The translations under genes and the position numbers were made by a program. From a virus (Duplodnaviria > Caudoviricetes): DNA of 38,301 nt. A model generated the notes under the pieces. It was given only the letters and a program-made list of their open reading frames with translations. It was not told where the DNA came from and ran no database searches. This document shows positions 1 to 8,801 of this stretch, one piece after another; position 1 is the stretch's first letter; each line of letters opens with the position of its first letter. The DNA is taken from the IMG/VR virus record IMGVR_UViG_3300025653_000094, positions 1 to 38,301 of that record; one strand, 5' to 3'.

Positions 1-112
1 AGATGCAAAAGAGAAAGCAAAACAAAACTTGTTTTTAAAGTTAGGTGGTTTAAACGCTATGTCTGCCGATGCAGCAGACTTTTTAAGTATTTCTGTTGAT
101 AGAGGTCAATAA
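1..112 (+). CDS. 3' end of an upstream gene (partial), probably a virion/internal protein
   Basis: Open frame from base 2 (DAKEKAKQNLFLKLGG...VDRGQ) to TAA at 110-112, 2 nt before the next ATG. Confidence 0.6.
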   Translation, partial: DAKEKAKQNLFLKLGGLNAMSADAADFLSISVDRGQ

Positions 113-114
113 GA

Positions 115-3100
115 ATGGCGACATATACCGCTAAGGTTAATACGCCTTATGGTGTTATTGAGGTTGAGCATGACGGAACTCCGTCTGATCAAGAGCTTAT
201 TCAAAAAGCTTTAACAAAAGTTAAGCAAAATGAACTCTTAAAAAACTTTGAAACATCAGAAACACCTCAAGAGCTTGCTGTAACAAAGGCTAAAATGCCT
301 AGAGATGTTGAGCCTATAGACGAAGAAGAAGAAAACCTCCGTGCTGATGTAGTGCAGAACTTATCTCGTCTTGGTTCTGGCCCTTTAGGTCTTGTAAAGG
401 ATGCAATAAATGGTGCGGCTAACCTTGTTGGCGCAGATAAAAATCTTATTTCAGACGAATATTTTAACGCAACTAAACGGGAGTTTGTTCGTGGTCTAGG
501 CGCTTTAGTTGGTGTAAAACCAGAAGATGTTCTTACAGAAGAAGGCGAATATAAGCCCATGACTACGACTGCTGGAGCGGCTCTGCAAGTTGTTCCTTAT
601 ATTGCAGGGGGTGCTGGTGCTGCAAAGGCTATTGGTACGGTAGCTCCGAAGCTTCCTGTTTTATTTAACGGTATTCTTTCTGGTCTTACTGTTGATCAAG
701 TTCTTTATGAAAAAGAAGATGGTGCAATCGCTAATGTCTTACAAGAGGCTGATATTCCCGCAGAAGGAATGCTAAAAGACCTTTTAGAGTTTATGGCTAT
801 TCAAGAGGACGATACTGTTTTAGAGCAACGACTAAAGATTGCTCTAGAGGGTATGGCTATTGGTGGCACTCTAGAGGGCTTTATACGCGGTGTAAAGGGC
901 GGCAAAGACTTTATATTCCCCAGCAATGGTACAGTAGAAGAGCAAGTAGACGCGGCTACAAAGTATTTAAAAGACTCTAGACAAGAAGTTCAAGTACGGA
1001 ACTCAGAAATTCACAGCGACTTAAAATTCTCTGAAACTCCAGAGGGAGTTGCACAAATTGAACAACAGGCTAGTGGCCCTATAAATCGTTTTATAAGTCA
1101 AATTCGTACCTCTAGAGGCTATTTTACTCCACAAGCCTATAACCTTTTTCGTGGTAAAGAATATGCTGAAAGGCAGCTTGTGCGTGAAGCAGAAAATATT
1201 TCAAACAGGCTGACTAAATCTTTAGATCGGCTTGACTATACCATTCCAGAAAAAACACTAAATGATTTTTTTACTGGTAGAAACCTTGAGCGCATGGAAT
1301 TAGAAATTGCGCCTACAGCCTCAAAAGAAGCAAGACTAGAGTGGATTGCTGCTGACATGGGCATACCAAGAGAAGTTGCAAGCGAGTTGATAAAGGCGAG
1401 AGAGCTTATTGATAGCCTTTCATCTAGGCTGGCTAATTCTAGTATTCCTAACGAAGAATTTCGTGAAGGCATTTTAGAAAATGTTGGTGAATATGTGCGA
1501 AGATCTTATCGTATGTTTGAAGATACAAACTTTAAACCCGATGAAAACTTAAAGCACCAAGTCGTAAAACAGTTACAAGACGCAAAGATTGCTGACGGTT
1601 TAGATGAGGCGCAAGCATACGAAGAGGCCTTGGGTGAAGTCAATGCTATTTTAGATAAGAGAACTGACTTTGCAGGGCTAGATTATTTTTCTAGGGCTGT
1701 AAGAGTTAATCGTGAAATTCTTACTGGTAGAAAAAATATTGACCCAATGATTCGGGAGTTGATGGGCGAGATTACAGACCCCGCAGATAATATTCTACTG
1801 ACTGTAAGTAAGATGGCAAAACTTGTCGAAACAAATAAGTTTGCTGATAACTTAAAAACTCTTGCAACCGGAAAGTATATATTTAATTCTCCTGTTAGTC
1901 GCAATGGCGTAGATTATAACGTAAAAATTTCTGGGACTAATTCAGGCTTAGATGGCACATACACAACTAAAGAAATGGCAACAGCACTACAAGGGCGACA
2001 GTCCCACTTTGCTTTGTTTGACAATGATCTCTTGCGGAGCTTTGCGGCCTTAAAGGGCGGCTCTCAAGCCATGAAAACTGTAGCGAGCCATGTAACACAC
2101 CTGCGTAACGTGCTTGGTGGAGCGCAGTTTGGCCTAGCAAACGGCATCAACCCTTTCTTTGATCGTCAAGAAACATTTAAGGTGCTGGTCAATGCAGCAA
2201 AAGCTGAAGGTGATGAAGGCCTAGATAAGCTATATGAAAAGTATTTAGGCTTGGGTGTCATCAATACTAATGTTAGGATTGGTGAGTTTAGGCGTCTATT
2301 GCAAGAAGGCTCAGATATAAACATTGAACCTCGACAATTGTTTGATCGCTTGCAGGGCTATGGCTTAGGCGGCATCGAAGAAAAAATTAAAGTTCCTGCA
2401 AAGGTTGGTCGAAGCGCCTATCGTGCTGCTGAAAAAATATATATGGCGGTAGATGATTTCTACAAAATAAACGCCTTTAATAAAGAACTCTCTGTTTTGA
2501 AAGAAGCTTTTCCTGATGAGGCTTTAGAAGTCTTAGAGCAGCGAGCAGCTACAATTGTTCAAGATACTTTTCCGAACTACGACAAAGTTCCAAATGGTGT
2601 AAAGGCTTTAAGATATTTACCTATAGGCAGTTTTGTATCGTTCCCAGCAGAAATTATTAGAACGTCTACAAAAATTGTTAAGCAGGCATCTGATGAAATT
2701 ACTTCTGGAAATGCTCAATTGAGAGCGCGAGGGCTTCAAAGATTGGCTGGCTTTACAACATCTATGAATGCTTGGGAAGGAATTGCTATAACCGCAGGAA
2801 CTCTTGTAGGGCTTACACCAGAAGAGCAAGAATCTGTTCAGAACATTTCTCATACGCCTTGGTCAAAGGCCACAAGGATTCCTTATCGTGGTGAAGACGG
2901 GCAGTTATATGTTGCAGACACACAGTTCCTAGATTCGTATAGCGTTTTAAAAGAACCTATAAAAGAAGTTATGCACCGTATACAGTCTGGTCAGCTAAAA
3001 GGAGAGGCTTTAGATAAGTATATGACTGAAGCTGTTCTAGACGGAAGTGAAAAGCTTTTAGCTCCTTATCTTGGACAGTCTATTATTACTGAATCTATTT

Positions 3101-4266
3101 CAGATCTGACATATGCCGCAATGAATGACGCAGGTAGATCACCAGCTGGCGAACAACTTTTTCCTGAAAATGAAACAAGGCTCAATAAATCTATAACTAT
3201 GTTTGAGCATCTTGGAAGCGCAATGATGCCCGGATCTTTAAACAGTGTTATCAATCTTATTGATGCAGGGCAAGGCGCTAAACGAGCAGCTACAGGTACA
3301 GAGAAAAAAGATTTAAGTGCTGAACTGCTTGCAAACTTCACAGGCGTTAAGTTTTCAAAGCTTGATCCAGCAGATAATTTATTTTATGCGGCTCAAGACT
3401 ATATGGCCTCTAAGCGTGGCCTTATGAAAGGTAAGCCTGACTATGAAGTAGAGCCAGAAGAACTTCAAAGGCGCGTAACACGCAATCTTGAAGCAAACTA
3501 TTCTGCACAACAAGACCTGTATCTAAAAGTAGAAGCCGCTAGAGATTTAATCGGTACTGAAAAAACCTATGAAATGCTAGTAAATGGTGGCCTAAGTCGC
3601 AAAGCTGCTTTGGCTTTGATGAACAACCACTACTATGATTCTAATTGGGCAGATCAAAACATGGCTGGTCTTCTGAAGATGCCCGGAACAAATCAAGAAA
3701 TGCAAGAGACTATTCAAAAGATTACAGAAGAACAGTTGAAGTATCGTTATAGCCCACTAATTCCTGTAGACGAAGAATCTGTACGCGCACGAAATGAGCG
3801 TGATAGGCTTGCTAGAGGCGGTGAAGTCAAAGATGTTCCTAATGTTCCGACTGAGCCTGATGAGCGCATCAATAAAGTTACAGGGCTTCCATACAACGAA
3901 ACTGCTGGGCCTGCCTTTATGGACGAAGAAGATCCTATGAGGCGTCTACAGCTTTCTGAAGGCGGCATTACAAGGCGCTTTGCTATTGCCAAAGGTGGCA
4001 AGATCGACAAGAAAAAGATGGCCTGTAATAAGCCTCGACGCACACCGAACCATCCAAAGAAGTCTCATGTTGTAAAAGCCTGCGAAGGCGGTAAAGAAAA
4101 GATAATTCGCTTTGGTGAGCAAGGCGCAAAGACTGCTGGTAAGCCCAAGGCAGGCGAGTCAGCGCGTATGAAGGCCAAGCGTAAGAGCTTCAAGGCTCGT
4201 CACAGAAAGAACATTAAGCGCGGCAAGATGTCTGCGGCTTATTGGGCTGACAAGGTTAAGTGGTAA
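115..4266 (+). CDS. Large internal virion (ejection-type) protein with appended C-terminal modules
   Basis: 1383 aa, largely helical-looking with Gly/Ala-rich hydrophobic stretches; size and late-arm position fit podovirus ejection proteins; last ~150 aa contain three R-x5-GG motifs and a Lys/Arg-rich module. Confidence 0.65.
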   Translation: MATYTAKVNTPYGVIEVEHDGTPSDQELIQKALTKVKQNELLKNFETSETPQELAVTKAKMPRDVEPIDEEEENLRADVVQNLSRLGSGPLGLVKDAINGAANLVGADKNLISDEYFNATKREFVRGLGALVGVKPEDVLTEEGEYKPMTTTAGAALQVVPYIAGGAGAAKAIGTVAPKLPVLFNGILSGLTVDQVLYEKEDGAIANVLQEADIPAEGMLKDLLEFMAIQEDDTVLEQRLKIALEGMAIGGTLEGFIRGVKGGKDFIFPSNGTVEEQVDAATKYLKDSRQEVQVRNSEIHSDLKFSETPEGVAQIEQQASGPINRFISQIRTSRGYFTPQAYNLFRGKEYAERQLVREAENISNRLTKSLDRLDYTIPEKTLNDFFTGRNLERMELEIAPTASKEARLEWIAADMGIPREVASELIKARELIDSLSSRLANSSIPNEEFREGILENVGEYVRRSYRMFEDTNFKPDENLKHQVVKQLQDAKIADGLDEAQAYEEALGEVNAILDKRTDFAGLDYFSRAVRVNREILTGRKNIDPMIRELMGEITDPADNILLTVSKMAKLVETNKFADNLKTLATGKYIFNSPVSRNGVDYNVKISGTNSGLDGTYTTKEMATALQGRQSHFALFDNDLLRSFAALKGGSQAMKTVASHVTHLRNVLGGAQFGLANGINPFFDRQETFKVLVNAAKAEGDEGLDKLYEKYLGLGVINTNVRIGEFRRLLQEGSDINIEPRQLFDRLQGYGLGGIEEKIKVPAKVGRSAYRAAEKIYMAVDDFYKINAFNKELSVLKEAFPDEALEVLEQRAATIVQDTFPNYDKVPNGVKALRYLPIGSFVSFPAEIIRTSTKIVKQASDEITSGNAQLRARGLQRLAGFTTSMNAWEGIAITAGTLVGLTPEEQESVQNISHTPWSKATRIPYRGEDGQLYVADTQFLDSYSVLKEPIKEVMHRIQSGQLKGEALDKYMTEAVLDGSEKLLAPYLGQSIITESISDLTYAAMNDAGRSPAGEQLFPENETRLNKSITMFEHLGSAMMPGSLNSVINLIDAGQGAKRAATGTEKKDLSAELLANFTGVKFSKLDPADNLFYAAQDYMASKRGLMKGKPDYEVEPEELQRRVTRNLEANYSAQQDLYLKVEAARDLIGTEKTYEMLVNGGLSRKAALALMNNHYYDSNWADQNMAGLLKMPGTNQEMQETIQKITEEQLKYRYSPLIPVDEESVRARNERDRLARGGEVKDVPNVPTEPDERINKVTGLPYNETAGPAFMDEEDPMRRLQLSEGGITRRFAIAKGGKIDKKKMACNKPRRTPNHPKKSHVVKACEGGKEKIIRFGEQGAKTAGKPKAGESARMKAKRKSFKARHRKNIKRGKMSAAYWADKVKW

Positions 4267-4526
4267 CGCTCAGTAAGATTGTATGGCGTGATGCCGTTGG
4301 AGGCTCAAACATGGGCTGGCGTCCTCTACTAGCTTTAAAAGAACAAGAGACCGCTACAGTAATTTCTTGTGGGGCTATCATCTATGAAGACGATGAAAAA
4401 ATAATTATATGTCCACATATGATTATTGAAAACAATGAAATATCAGAAGGCGATGCAGAGATTGCAATACCAAAGGCTTGGATAATTTCAAGAGAAAACT
4501 TATTAGGCTTACCACCGGGAGATTAA
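4260..4526 (+). CDS. Hypothetical protein (W-x-D...W...CG-x-I...IP-x-x-W pattern)
   Basis: 88 aa, GTG start overlapping the upstream stop; globular beta-rich pattern recalled from small phage proteins. Confidence 0.7.
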   Translation: MVTLSKIVWRDAVGGSNMGWRPLLALKEQETATVISCGAIIYEDDEKIIICPHMIIENNEISEGDAEIAIPKAWIISRENLLGLPPGD

Positions 4527-4529
4527 ATT

Positions 4530-4919
4530 ATGCCACTTTTTAATAGTGTAAAAGACGCTGAAAAAGCAATGAATGCCATAAACACTGCTAGCAAAGTTGT
4601 TGGAATAGGTAAATTAATTACTAATCCTACACCATTAGGTGTCGGTGCGGCATTGGCAAATGTGGCCTCTAAAGAAATGACAGGAAAATCTTTGGAGCGC
4701 CATGCAATGGACTATGCTCGTAAAAATATTAAAGCACCTACAGGTACAGGCAACGTAGGCCGTAATAAAAAGGGCGCGACTATTCAAGAAGGCCCAAGCA
4801 ATCCTACGCCCAAGCAAAAAGGTAAAAAAGAAATGCGGGTCGGGCAGTATGCTAGTGGCGGCAAAGTAGATTATAAAGACATTGGGCATATGCACACTAA
4901 AGTGTGTGGACACAAATAA
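4530..4919 (+). CDS. Small basic protein with a YASGGKV motif
   Basis: 129 aa; GGGAG upstream; operon-like spacing. Confidence 0.75.
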   Translation: MPLFNSVKDAEKAMNAINTASKVVGIGKLITNPTPLGVGAALANVASKEMTGKSLERHAMDYARKNIKAPTGTGNVGRNKKGATIQEGPSNPTPKQKGKKEMRVGQYASGGKVDYKDIGHMHTKVCGHK

Positions 4920-4920
4920 T

Positions 4921-5220
4921 ATGCCAATAAAAAAAGTAAAGGGTGGTTATAGGTGGGGAAGTCGCGGAAAAGTTTATAAGCGTCGAGAAGATGCAGAAAA
5001 GCAGGCGGCGGCTGCATACGCCTCTGGCTATAGAAAAACCTATAACGAAGGGAGTAGAGTTAATGAAGCAGGCAATTACACGCAGCCTACAATGCGTAAA
5101 AGATTATTTGAACAAATTAAATCAGGCTCTAAAGGTGGGGCAGCGGGTCAATGGTCTGCGAGAAAAGCTCAGATGCTGGCGAAACAATACAAAGAAGAGG
5201 GTGGCGGCTACAAAAGCTAA
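4921..5220 (+). CDS. Small basic two-module protein; C-terminal part resembles the N-half of DUF5872-like proteins
   Basis: ATG at 4921, 1 nt after the previous stop; GGAAGQWSARKAQMLAKQYK-x-x-GGGY signature (family recalled from memory). Confidence 0.7.
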   Translation: MPIKKVKGGYRWGSRGKVYKRREDAEKQAAAAYASGYRKTYNEGSRVNEAGNYTQPTMRKRLFEQIKSGSKGGAAGQWSARKAQMLAKQYKEEGGGYKS

Positions 5221-5252
5221 GTTTTATATAAAACTATACAAAAGGAATCTTC

Positions 5253-5555
5253 GTGACTCTTAAAAAATCTCAACAGTCTTTAAAGGATTGGATAAAAGAA
5301 GATTGGGGTACAAAGTCTGGTAAGCCTTCGACGCAAGGCCCAAGTGCTACAGGAGAAAGATACTTGCCTAAGAAGGCTAGAGAGTCTCTTAGCTCTGCTG
5401 AATACGCAGCAACCTCTGCAAAGAAAAGAGAAGACACAAAAAAAGGCAAGCAGTTCTCCAAGCAGCCCAAGAATATTGCTCAAAAAACTGCTCGCCATAG
5501 GGCCAGTAGAGGCGGCTTCCTTGCCAACGCTATGCCTACTGGCAAACCCTGTTGA
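5253..5555 (+). CDS. Small basic protein resembling the C-half of DUF5872-like proteins
   Basis: SQQSLKDW-x-KEDW-x-TK...ERYLPKKA...KKGKQF; AAGGA upstream of the GTG start. Confidence 0.7.
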   Translation: MTLKKSQQSLKDWIKEDWGTKSGKPSTQGPSATGERYLPKKARESLSSAEYAATSAKKREDTKKGKQFSKQPKNIAQKTARHRASRGGFLANAMPTGKPC

Positions 5556-5760
5556 TTGCATCAATCTCTGTCTCTAACTTTGCGTGTATATCCCCAGTAA
5601 TTTCTTTAAAGGATCTAATCGCCGCACGAATTAATACTTGAGACTCTTCTTCCTTGAAGACCTTGGCGATGTGATGATCTGGTAACTCAGTATGCTCAGT
5701 GACTAGAACACCATCTGAGTCTATCAAGATCTTAAAGCCAATAATAGTTCCTTCTTTCAT
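5536..5760 (-). CDS. Hypothetical protein, last gene of the replication arm
   Basis: 74 aa; AAGGA RBS; starts 15 nt after the nrdJ stop. Confidence 0.7.
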   Translation of the reverse strand: MKEGTIIGFKILIDSDGVLVTEHTELPDHHIAKVFKEEESQVLIRAAIRSFKEITGDIHAKLETEIDAINRVCQ

Positions 5761-5775
5761 ACCGCTTCCTTTTAA

Positions 5776-7641
5776 TTATAATTCACAAGCTCCACCAACG
5801 CAAGCTAATGTTTGCGACCCCTCTGTAAAGTCATCTGACTCATTCAAATCCCAATCAAAAGACTCTGGGAATCCTTTCATCATCTCATTATATTCTTTCT
5901 TTGTGATCTGCTCATAGGGGGCTTGAGCGTATGTATGATTGTCATACGGCAAGAAAGATATGCCAGAGATTGTATCAAAGTTATTGTATACCCAATTACC
6001 GATTTCAAGAAAGTCTGAGTCACGGTAATAGACTGTGATGCTAGGCTTGTGTTCACACCAATGTTCTTGGTATACGGCCCACAACTGTAGTTGCTCCATT
6101 CCTGTCTGCTCTGAGGCGAACACAGCAGCCTCTGGAGCCTTCTTAGGGAACGAGAATACCTTAGTACTGGGTGAAAGGTTATCTATTTCACAAGGCACTC
6201 CAGCGTCTTCTAAGACCTTACATAGTGGATCTCGTACATCAGCCCTAACCCGTCGAATATAATAAGGGGCATAACGTCCGTGTATGCCTGACGCAGAATC
6301 TACAAGTTGGGATACCGTACCGCTAGGCTTAACGCAAGTGATAGCTGTACTCTGAGGAATGCCAAGCCGCTCTGACCAAAGCTTATTAGTTTCGATGGCT
6401 TCATTGCGTAGCTTCTCTAATAAAGATCCCAAGTTAGGATTGTCTAAGGTTAGGAGTGGGTTGTCTAGAATACCAGTAAGACTAACGCCCAACAAAGACT
6501 CTTCCTCAGTATTAGTTTTCCAGATATTTCTTAAGTATCTAAAGTCCGTTAAGGTAGCTTGGAGAGTACCCAAGATAGTCGCAACTCGTACTTTTCTCCT
6601 AAGACTGTTAAGCGTATCTTCCGGTCTGACGACCACTTCTGAAAGGTTGCAGAATTGATTTGGTCTAAGGATGATTTCACTGCAAGGGTTCGTTCCGAAA
6701 TCTCGTTCACTATCCCGTCTACCGTTTCTTGCAGCTTGTTTTTGACTTGCAGCACGGCTGAAGATTCCGCGCTCTCCGCTTTGTGATTCATGTAGGCTAC
6801 TCCATTCGTTAGAAAATAAATTAAAGGAAGGCTTGCTAGTATAGCAGGCACTATTATTTGCAAGGCCGCGTTGGGGTTCTGTATTGTACCAAGCACCATG
6901 CTTTGCTTGACGAATATCATCGTCCTGTAAATCAGAGAGGCTGATTAAAGCACTGCGCCTTACCCCTCCAACAACAACTATTTGAGCGATTTTGCAGCAA
7001 AGATCGTGGCATTCAAGGGGCGTAAGCTTTCGTCCAGCCGCTCCGTTAAATAATCTAACTGTAAATTTGAAGAGGTCAACAAGAGGTTCTGGGCCACTTG
7101 CTCTACCTCCAAAAGTTTTAAGGCTGGAACCCGCAGGTCGAACTCTAGATGTATCCCATTCTGGTATTTGACCACTATACAACAACGAAACCAATTCCCT
7201 AAACGATTTCGCCCATCCAATTTTTGAATCCGGTACATGAATGACTGTATCTGTTGCATGGAAATCCTCTGCAATTTCTGGAAGTTTAGAAACGTACTTT
7301 TCTTCGACGCTAAATCCTACACCTGTGCCGCACATAAGGACATACATCATCTCATCAAAGGCACGAGGACTATCAATAGCGAGATAGCTACAGTTAAAGC
7401 CTGCTACATTGTCGCGGTCTAGTGCTTCTCCTGCGGTCATAAGCGCCCTCATAGAAGGCATAACCTCTAGATCGTAAATAGATTTAAAGATTTCTGAGAC
7501 ATCGAAATCATTTAAGTATCCTTTGTCTACCCAATAATTAACGTATCGGTTGACAGTTTCTTCCCATGTTTCTCTACGCTGTTCTTCTGGTAGGTAACGA
7601 GCGTATCTGCTTTTGTGTATGTATTGTTGATAAGCGTCCAA
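5776..7641 (-). CDS. nrdJ: Class II (adenosylcobalamin-dependent) ribonucleotide reductase
   Basis: FNCSY, GGVRRSA, catalytic TNPCSEI, TCVKPSGT and C-terminal CVGGAC redox pair; no beta-subunit gene nearby; TTG start with AGGAG upstream. Confidence 0.93.
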   Translation of the reverse strand: MDAYQQYIHKSRYARYLPEEQRRETWEETVNRYVNYWVDKGYLNDFDVSEIFKSIYDLEVMPSMRALMTAGEALDRDNVAGFNCSYLAIDSPRAFDEMMYVLMCGTGVGFSVEEKYVSKLPEIAEDFHATDTVIHVPDSKIGWAKSFRELVSLLYSGQIPEWDTSRVRPAGSSLKTFGGRASGPEPLVDLFKFTVRLFNGAAGRKLTPLECHDLCCKIAQIVVVGGVRRSALISLSDLQDDDIRQAKHGAWYNTEPQRGLANNSACYTSKPSFNLFSNEWSSLHESQSGERGIFSRAASQKQAARNGRRDSERDFGTNPCSEIILRPNQFCNLSEVVVRPEDTLNSLRRKVRVATILGTLQATLTDFRYLRNIWKTNTEEESLLGVSLTGILDNPLLTLDNPNLGSLLEKLRNEAIETNKLWSERLGIPQSTAITCVKPSGTVSQLVDSASGIHGRYAPYYIRRVRADVRDPLCKVLEDAGVPCEIDNLSPSTKVFSFPKKAPEAAVFASEQTGMEQLQLWAVYQEHWCEHKPSITVYYRDSDFLEIGNWVYNNFDTISGISFLPYDNHTYAQAPYEQITKKEYNEMMKGFPESFDWDLNESDDFTEGSQTLACVGGACEL

Positions 7642-7762
7642 TTATATTACTCCTTTCTTGGGTGGTATATTTTGACCAGTTTTTTATTTCAGTTAGATTC
7701 CTTCCGCATCCTATACAAACATCATCCTTTAGTTTGCATATCTTTGTACATGGTGATTTCAT
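7574..7762 (-). CDS. DUF1289-like Cys-rich protein
   Basis: SPC-x-x-x-C...C-x-GC-x-R-x-x-x-EI-x-x-W; ATGA coupling to the upstream ORF. Confidence 0.75.
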   Translation of the reverse strand: MKSPCTKICKLKDDVCIGCGRNLTEIKNWSKYTTQERSNIIGRLSTIHTQKQIRSLPTRRTA

Positions 7763-7917
7763 TCCATCTCATCTATAGTATTCAAATCATTTATATTTAA
7801 TTTATATTTGTTTCTTTTCTTCAGAGGCTTGAAGCGTTCTTCATCTTTATCTTCGTGTTTCTTTCTTTTGTGGCGGCTGAATTTTTCTAGGCGCTCGCGC
7901 TTTCGATCATTCATCAT
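7759..7917 (-). CDS. Small charged hypothetical protein (52 aa, not in the ORF track)
   Basis: Translated by hand: MMNDRKRERLEKFSRHKRKK...IDEME; overlaps both neighbours. Confidence 0.6.
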   Translation of the reverse strand: MMNDRKRERLEKFSRHKRKKHEDKDEERFKPLKKRNKYKLNINDLNTIDEME

Positions 7918-8386
7918 CTTCCAAGCTTCCTCGCTTTGTTACATCTATCCAATCTTCTGGAATGCTATCTTCAGAGAACCATCTAAATTCTTTTGAAGAT
8001 GCCCACTCAGCATGATTGCGTTTTGTGCCATCTTTTCTGCGCTTTGCTTGAGGCATTGGTGCGTTGGGATCAGCAAACAAAAAGACTAATTCAGTGTCTT
8101 CAGGCAGAGCCTTAGCAATCCAAACATATTTATTGTATTCGCTATGATCCCAGAAGCGGCCCTTAGCTTCTAAATAAATTTTCTTTCCATCAACCTCTTT
8201 GATAAAGTCAGGGTGATAAGTATGCTCAACAATATAATCAACCTTCTCTGAGTGAAAGCTCCATTGATTAAGTATGCCAGAGTGTAGTTCATATTCCCAG
8301 TTTGAATCGTAGCCAGAAACAACATTTTTTTCTTTTGGGCGTCTAACTCTTTGGGGCCGCGAACCCTTCCTTATTTTTGGTTTCAA
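7907..8386 (-). CDS. T7 endonuclease I-like Holliday junction resolvase
   Basis: YDS-x-WE...Y-x-PDF...YLEAKGRF (PD-(D/E)xK core); located in the replication module. Confidence 0.85.
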   Translation of the reverse strand: MKPKIRKGSRPQRVRRPKEKNVVSGYDSNWEYELHSGILNQWSFHSEKVDYIVEHTYHPDFIKEVDGKKIYLEAKGRFWDHSEYNKYVWIAKALPEDTELVFLFADPNAPMPQAKRRKDGTKRNHAEWASSKEFRWFSEDSIPEDWIDVTKRGSLEDDE

Positions 8387-8535
8387 TGTATTGTTTCCTT
8401 TTCTTGCGTATCACCATACATATGATGCAAATGATAATAGATCTGTATTAATGCCTGCTCATCTAAATATTTTTCTTGTATTATTTTTGTTGCACAATAA
8501 CAAATTAAAATTTCTAGCGGCAAATTCTCTATCAT
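8383..8535 (-). CDS. Small hypothetical protein (50 aa, not in the ORF track)
   Basis: MIENLPLEILICYCATK...KETIH; fills the gap exactly with 4-nt overlaps at both ends. Confidence 0.65.
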   Translation of the reverse strand: MIENLPLEILICYCATKIIQEKYLDEQALIQIYYHLHHMYGDTQEKETIH

Positions 8536-8801
8536 GATAAATCAAGATGACTATAAGAGTCAATAGGTCTAGATGGATTACGCCTATATAATTTCTTCAA
8601 CCTCTTACGAGTCCAATTTTCTGTAAAGGCAGACATAAAAAATTGACCTTCAACGAAATAATGGCTGTTCATTTTCATATAATCTTTATAATTATCTGGT
8701 CTAATTTTAGCTGCCTCTTCTTCTGACATAAGACTATGAAGCCATTGAAGAGAAATCTTCTCGACCTGACGATTAATCTGCTTCATTATTTTTCTATTCA
8801 T
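8532..8801 (-). CDS. Hypothetical protein
   Basis: 89 aa; ATGA-coupled on both sides. Confidence 0.7.
   Translation of the reverse strand: MNRKIMKQINRQVEKISLQWLHSLMSEEEAAKIRPDNYKDYMKMNSHYFVEGQFFMSAFTENWTRKRLKKLYRRNPSRPIDSYSHLDLS

Noticed and set aside
2030-2375. RSFAALKGG and RLQGYGLGG inside the large virion protein as extra motif copies
   Set aside because: Arg is at -7 and they are not at evident module boundaries; not counted, though not excluded
267-4043. Antisense ORFs inside the 1383-aa gene, and similar ones inside nrdJ, polA, the helicase, portal and fibre genes
   Set aside because: Shadow frames of long genes with no RBS or recognisable motifs
4943-5263. 106-aa alternative-frame ORF, and 5344..5577
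   Set aside because: Overlap better-supported genes that carry recognisable family signatures
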